Source of the DNA: Gemmatimonadota bacterium
GTDB taxonomy: Bacteria; Gemmatimonadota; Gemmatimonadetes; Gemmatimonadales; GWC2-71-9
Direction of reading: 5' to 3'
Assembly (NCBI GenBank): GCA_039588295.1
Contig: JBDHAB010000015.1
Coordinates: 1 to 64,000, forward strand
Length of the DNA: 64,000 nucleotides
The notes beneath the pieces are model-generated. The model was not told where the DNA came from, searched no databases, and worked only from the letters and a program-made list of their open reading frames with translations. Below, piece after piece: positions 59,532 through 64,000 of this stretch (position 1 is the first letter of the stretch; the number at the start of each line of letters is the position of its first letter). The position numbers and the translations under genes are program-made.

Positions 59532-60178
59532 AACCGTTCTACATCGCGTTTGGAGCGCTGGTGGTGGTGGGTGCCGGGGCCATCTGGCTGGCACGGCGGA
59601 ACAGTGCGCCGGTCCCGGTCGGCCCCATGCCGGTCAACACCTCGTCCTTCTCCGGCTGGGTCTTGGGAAGCGACTCCGCACCGGTCGAGATCATCGAGTA
59701 CGCGGACTTCGGCTGCGGCGCCTGCGGCATCTTCACGGTATTGAACGCCCCGGACATCAAGCAACGGCTGGTGAACACCGGCCGCGTTCGGTGGCGGTTC
59801 CGCGACTACCCCATCCCCAGCCACGCCGCCTCACCGGCGGCCCACATGGCCGCCGCCTGTGCCGGGGAGCAGGAGCAGTTCTGGCCGATGCACGACGTGA
59901 TCTTCGGCAATCAGTCGAACTGGGGGCGCGAGCGACGTCCCGAGCGGCGGTTCCGCGACTACGCGCGGCAGATGGGATTGGACATGGATCGCTTCGACGA
60001 GTGCACGGAGTCCCAGCGGTATGCGGCGCAGATCGATGCGGCGAAGCAGGAAGGAGTCGCGGTCGGTGTGCACTCGACCCCGAGCTTCGTGATCGGAGGG
60101 CTGCTGGTGGCGGGAGCGCTCGCCTACGATAGCCTGGTCGTGCTGGTGGAGCGCGCGGAGGCTGCCGTCCGGCAATGA
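59510..60178 (+). CDS. DsbA/BdbD-like thioredoxin-fold oxidoreductase, membrane anchored
   Basis: N-terminal TM; APVEIIEYADFGCGAC; FWPMHD; cis-Pro loop STPSF. Confidence 0.9.
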   Translation: MARSTNLKPFYIAFGALVVVGAGAIWLARRNSAPVPVGPMPVNTSSFSGWVLGSDSAPVEIIEYADFGCGACGIFTVLNAPDIKQRLVNTGRVRWRFRDYPIPSHAASPAAHMAAACAGEQEQFWPMHDVIFGNQSNWGRERRPERRFRDYARQMGLDMDRFDECTESQRYAAQIDAAKQEGVAVGVHSTPSFVIGGLLVAGALAYDSLVVLVERAEAAVRQ

Positions 60179-60633
60179 GGCACCGCATGATCACTGCGGT
60201 GCTGGCCCTCGCGGGCTTCTTCATCTCGCTCTACCTGTGGCTTTGGAAGGTTGGCTTTCTGGGTTCCATGGCTTGCGGCGACGGCGGGTGTGAGACCGTC
60301 CAGTTGAGCGAGTACGCCCAGTTCTTCGGCGTGCCGGTCGCGTTCTACGGCATGGTGGGCTACCTCGTGCTCGTCGTCGTGAGTCTGGTGGGGCTGCAGC
60401 CGCGCTGGATCGATCGCCGGTGGCCGACGGCGTGGCTGGCAGCCGTGGCAGGACTCGGTGTGGCGTTCAGCGCGTACCTGACATACCTGGAGGCAGCGGT
60501 CATCCACGCGTGGTGCCGCTGGTGCGTCGTCTCCGCTCTGCTCATTGTTGCCATTCTCCTGGCCGCGCTCGCTGGGCTCCGAGGACCTGGCCGGCCGGCC
60601 CCCGCTTCCACTGCCGCCGCATCGCATCGGTGA
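60175..60633 (+). CDS. Vitamin K epoxide reductase (VKOR) family protein
   Basis: Loop Cys pair CGDGGCETV, GVPVA, active-site WCRWC; four TM helices. Confidence 0.92.
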   Translation: MRHRMITAVLALAGFFISLYLWLWKVGFLGSMACGDGGCETVQLSEYAQFFGVPVAFYGMVGYLVLVVVSLVGLQPRWIDRRWPTAWLAAVAGLGVAFSAYLTYLEAAVIHAWCRWCVVSALLIVAILLAALAGLRGPGRPAPASTAAASHR

Positions 60634-61310
60634 CCACCCCACCTGCTGTCCGGGCGCGGGAGGTATCGCGCCGGTTCGGATACCGTTGGGTCCTGCGCGA
60701 GGTTTCCATGGAAATCGCGCCCGGCGAGGCGGTGTTGCTCGTGGGTGGAAACGGCGCGGGAAAGACCACGCTGCTCCGGGTCATGGCGCGACTGCTCAAG
60801 CCCTCCAAGGGAACCGTCGAATGCCGTGGGCTGGTTGGCATGGTGGCGCATCACTCGATGCTCTACGATGCGCTGACGGCCCGCGAGAACCTGGCCTTTG
60901 TTGCGCGGCTCCACGGGCTGCCGCGGGGGGACAACCTCGACGCGTTGTTGGAGCGGTTGGGGCTGGCGCACGTCTCGGGCGAGCGGATCGCGACCTTCAG
61001 CCGCGGAATGCTGCAGCGCCTCGCCATCGCCCGTTCGCTGCTGCACGATCCGGACGTGCTGCTGTTCGACGAACCGCTCAGTGGCCTGGACGAGGCAGGG
61101 GCGCGCGTCGTCCTCGAGGTTCTCACCGAGCTGCAGAAGCGAGGCACGGCGGCCGTGATCGCTACACACCAGCTCGTTGAGCTGGTGGCGGTCGCGGGGC
61201 GGGTGGGGTTCATGGTGAACGGCAAGCTCGTGGCCCTCGAGCCACTCGATGGACGGGATGCCGCGTCCGTGGTTGACCGCTATCGGGAGCTGGTGTCCGA
61301 TGGGGGCTAG
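60630..61310 (+). CDS. ccmA: Heme exporter ATP-binding protein CcmA
   Basis: GGNGAGKTT, FSRGM, LLFDEP; precedes ccmB and ccmC; GTG 60630. Confidence 0.88.
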   Translation: MTTPPAVRAREVSRRFGYRWVLREVSMEIAPGEAVLLVGGNGAGKTTLLRVMARLLKPSKGTVECRGLVGMVAHHSMLYDALTARENLAFVARLHGLPRGDNLDALLERLGLAHVSGERIATFSRGMLQRLAIARSLLHDPDVLLFDEPLSGLDEAGARVVLEVLTELQKRGTAAVIATHQLVELVAVAGRVGFMVNGKLVALEPLDGRDAASVVDRYRELVSDGG

Positions 61311-61986
61311 CGACCTTCTCAGGGTGACCTTCGCGGTCGCGAGGAAGGACCTTCAGGTCGAGTGGCGCACCAAGACCGCGTTCGTATCGGCGCTGGTGTT
61401 TGCGGTGCTCGTGCTCGCGGTGCTCTACTTCGCGCGTGACAAGACGAGCGTGGGCGATTTCGACATGGCGCCCGGGGCGCTGTGGGTCACCTTCACGTTC
61501 GCCGGCATGCTGGGGCTGAATCGCGCGTTCCTGCTCGAGCGGGAGAACCGGGCGCTCGATGGATTGCGGCTGACTGCCGCCTCCCCGTCCGCCATTTTCC
61601 TGGGCAAGATCCTGGGCAACCTGGTCTTCCTGGGGGTGGTGGAGCTGGTCTCGCTGCCGCTCTTCATTCTCTTCTATGACGTGCCGATCTGGCGGCAGCT
61701 GCCGCTCTTGATCGGAGTGGTCGCCCTGGCCACGATCGGTTTCGTGTCGGTGGGTACGTTGCTGAGCGCGATGGTCGTCCGGACCCGGTTCTCCGAGGTC
61801 ATGCTCCCGGTGCTCCTCCTGCCATTCCTGGTGCCGCCCATCGTGAGTGCCGTGCAGCTCACTTGGCGCATTCTGGCCCTCCGGCCCTTGAGTGAATTGA
61901 CGGGCTGGCTTAGCTTGCTCGCCGCATTCGATATCATCTTCTTCACGATCTCCCTGCTGCTTTTCGAGGCGATTCTCGTCGAATGA
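61300..61986 (+). CDS. ccmB: Heme exporter permease CcmB
   Basis: KDLQVEWR, FLLEREN..LDGL, LPVLLLPF; six TM helices. Confidence 0.9.
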   Translation: MGASDLLRVTFAVARKDLQVEWRTKTAFVSALVFAVLVLAVLYFARDKTSVGDFDMAPGALWVTFTFAGMLGLNRAFLLERENRALDGLRLTAASPSAIFLGKILGNLVFLGVVELVSLPLFILFYDVPIWRQLPLLIGVVALATIGFVSVGTLLSAMVVRTRFSEVMLPVLLLPFLVPPIVSAVQLTWRILALRPLSELTGWLSLLAAFDIIFFTISLLLFEAILVE

Positions 61987-62687
61987 CACGTCGTGACCGC
62001 GCGCTCGTTACTGCCCGTCGGGGGAGTGTCCTTACGGTGATCGCACTGCTGGGCCTCGTCGGGGTCTATGTACGCGCGCTCGCGTTCACTCCCGTCGAAC
62101 GCACCCAGGGACTGGCGCAAAAGATCTTCTATGTCCACGCCCCCGTCGCGTGGGCAGCACTCCTCGCCTTCGGCATCTGCGGTCTGTTGAGCCTGCTGTA
62201 CCTGGTGCTGCGGGATCGCAAGCTCGATCTCCTGGCGGCGGCGTCCGCCGAGGTGGGCGTGGCCTTTGGACTCGTGATGCTCATCACGGGGCCCCTGTGG
62301 GGGAAACCGGTATGGGGCACCTGGTGGACGTGGGATGCGAGATTGACGTCCACCCTGTTCACGTTCCTGCTGTTCGTCGGGTACCTGGTGTTACGCGGCG
62401 CGTTGACCGACTTCGAGGTGCGTGCGCGGTTCTCGGCCGTGCTGGGGGTGATGGCGCTGGTGCTGGTGCCGTTCATTCACGTCACGGTGTACTGGTTCAG
62501 GACGCTGCACCCCGATCCCGTGGTGCTGAAGCCGGAGGCGCCGTCGCTGCCGAACGTCATGCTGGTGACGCTCCTGACGTCCATGGCGGTGTGCACGCTG
62601 CTCTATGTGGGATTCCTGATGCAACGCTACGGTCTCGAGGTGCTGCGCGACGTTCACGAAGAGGAGGCGGCCGGTGGAATATCCTGA
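61983..62687 (+). CDS. ccmC: Heme chaperone/exporter CcmC
   Basis: IFYVHAP, WWD domain WGKPVWGTWWTWDARLT, TLHP. Confidence 0.93.
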   Translation: MTRRDRALVTARRGSVLTVIALLGLVGVYVRALAFTPVERTQGLAQKIFYVHAPVAWAALLAFGICGLLSLLYLVLRDRKLDLLAAASAEVGVAFGLVMLITGPLWGKPVWGTWWTWDARLTSTLFTFLLFVGYLVLRGALTDFEVRARFSAVLGVMALVLVPFIHVTVYWFRTLHPDPVVLKPEAPSLPNVMLVTLLTSMAVCTLLYVGFLMQRYGLEVLRDVHEEEAAGGIS

Positions 62688-62790
62688 GAACGGCGTCTAT
62701 ATGGTCGCGGCCTACATCGCGACGGCGGTGATCATTCTGGGATACGCCGGGCTGCTCTTCAGGGCGTTACGCAGGTACTGGAAACGTTAG
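62674..62790 (+). CDS. ccmD: Probable CcmD (38-aa single-TM protein)
   Basis: Below the ORF-track cutoff. GAGGAGG SD, GTG start overlapping the ccmC end; MEYPENGVYMVAAYIATAVIILGYAGLLFRALRRYWKR has the CcmD-like Y.xxAY motif, a TM helix and a basic tail. Confidence 0.72.
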   Translation: MEYPENGVYMVAAYIATAVIILGYAGLLFRALRRYWKR

Positions 62791-62799
62791 CCCTGGCGA

Positions 62800-62850
62800 T
62801 CGACGCACGCTGGGGCGGGGGCCAGGTGGCTCCCGCCCCAGTGGCGTCGA
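62800..62850. terminator. Long hairpin between convergent ccmD and aquaporin genes
   Basis: TCGACGC..GCTGGGGCGGG ... CCCGCCCCAGT.GCGTCGA. Confidence 0.6.
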
Positions 62851-62854
62851 GGCG

Positions 62855-63544
62855 CTACGTGGTCTGCTCTTCCTTCTTCGGCAACAGGAGCCCTCCCCAG
62901 ATCGCGGCTGCGACGCCCGCGCCGAGCAGTGGTCCCACCCAGTAGATCAAGTGCGCCTGCCAGTTGCCGGAGATGAGGGCCGGACCGAACGCCCGGGCCG
63001 GGTTCATCTGCGCGCCGGTCATCGGTCCGCCAACGAGGATGTCAAAGATCAGGACGAGACCGATGCCGAAGCCGCCGACCTTCGGGGCGTCAGGGGACAC
63101 CGCGGTGCCGAACACGGCGCTCACCCAGAAGAGGGTGAGCAGCGCCTCGATCACGATGGCCTGGGTGTCGGTCAACAGGCCGGAGATGCGCGGCGCGCCG
63201 TAGCCCGTCGCTTCGCCGGCGAGGCTTGGAAGGAGCAACCGGACGAGGAGCACGGCGAGGGCGGCCGCCAACAGTTGGCTCACGACGTAGAGGGCGCCGG
63301 TCTTGGAGTCGATCTTCTTCGTCAACCACAGCGCGAACGTGACCGCGGGGTTGATGTGACCGCCGGAGATGTTCATGGTGGCGGTAATCACGATGGCGAG
63401 CGCGAAGGCGTGCGCGAGTGCCACCCCCACGAGTCCCAGTTCGCCGCCTCTTGCCGCGTCGACGACGACCGCTCCCGTCCCGATGAAGACGAACGCGAAC
63501 GTTCCCCAAAACTCGGCCGCAACCGGTCGGATGATGCTGCGCAT
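62855..63544 (-). CDS. MIP family channel (aquaporin)
   Basis: AEFWGT, SGGHINPAVT, MNPARAFGP, YWVGP. Confidence 0.95.
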   Translation of the reverse strand: MRSIIRPVAAEFWGTFAFVFIGTGAVVVDAARGGELGLVGVALAHAFALAIVITATMNISGGHINPAVTFALWLTKKIDSKTGALYVVSQLLAAALAVLLVRLLLPSLAGEATGYGAPRISGLLTDTQAIVIEALLTLFWVSAVFGTAVSPDAPKVGGFGIGLVLIFDILVGGPMTGAQMNPARAFGPALISGNWQAHLIYWVGPLLGAGVAAAIWGGLLLPKKEEQTT

Positions 63545-63600
63545 GATGGAGTCCCCTCTGTGAGTGGGTGCAGGACGGCACTAAAAGTACCCGTGCTGGC

Positions 63601-63999
63601 CTATCCGAAAACCCCCTGAACGAGGAGCGCAACCAGCGCCCCGATAGCGGTAGCCGACAGGTTGACGCCATCGTTGTCCAGCCATTGCGCCCCGCCGATC
63701 AGGCGGCTGGGGCTACCACACGCGTGAACTCGCTGCTCGGTCTCCTGGTTGCAGCCGTCGCAGTGGTAGTGCCCCTGAAGCGTGGCGCCGAGGATCGAAT
63801 CGGCGAGGCTTCCGATGGCGCCCCCTAGGGCGGCCCCGACCGCCGTCCAGGCGCCGACGCCGAGCAGGGAGGTGACTCCGCCCAGGGTGGCTGCGCCGGC
63901 GAGGCTTGCTATGGTCCCGCGCGGAGTGACGGCCCCGGACGTTCCGGCGGCAACGACACGGCCACCGGTGATGAGCCGCGGAGGATGAGGTGATCGTGT
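63601..63999 (-). CDS. DUF92 (TMEM19-like) membrane protein, C-terminal part; start lies outside the window
   Basis: Manual translation gives PRLITGGRVVAAGTSGAVTPRG...DSILGATLQGHYHCDGC...HACG...WLDNDGVN, stop at 63601-63603. Confidence 0.85.
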   Translation of the reverse strand, partial: TRSPHPPRLITGGRVVAAGTSGAVTPRGTIASLAGAATLGGVTSLLGVGAWTAVGAALGGAIGSLADSILGATLQGHYHCDGCNQETEQRVHACGSPSRLIGGAQWLDNDGVNLSATAIGALVALLVQGVFG

Positions 64000-64000
64000 G

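Overview
A 64-kb, GC-rich bacterial chromosomal segment, probably from Gemmatimonadota. That assignment is an inference from gene content: an expanded set of Hanks-type kinase/TPR proteins, many secreted S9/M28 peptidases, and a Bacteroidota/Geobacter-type sdhCAB. It holds about 58 CDS. These include six Ser/Thr kinases, seven peptidases, sdhCAB, an ECF sigma/anti-sigma/DUF4097 operon, a dsbA-VKOR-ccmABCD operon, transporters (NRAMP, PutP, aquaporin) and two cold-shock protein genes. I found no rRNA, tRNA, CRISPR array, integrase or transposase. Most notable unexplained signals: (1) a ~135-nt structured 5' leader shared by the two csp paralogs 15 kb apart, with compensatory base changes; in one copy it lies downstream of a sigma70 promoter and an internal terminator; (2) a csp-infA-rho cluster whose Rho lacks the N-terminal helical domain and has a degenerate primary RNA-binding site; (3) a 70-aa Pro/Trp-tailed small protein between two tandem kinase-TPR paralogs; (4) a three-piece remnant of a hydrogenase maturation operon around a Zn-finger-less HypA; (5) a frameshifted membrane-protein gene, unannotated small membrane ORFs and a heptamer tandem repeat. 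All calls come from reading the sequence; no database searches were run.
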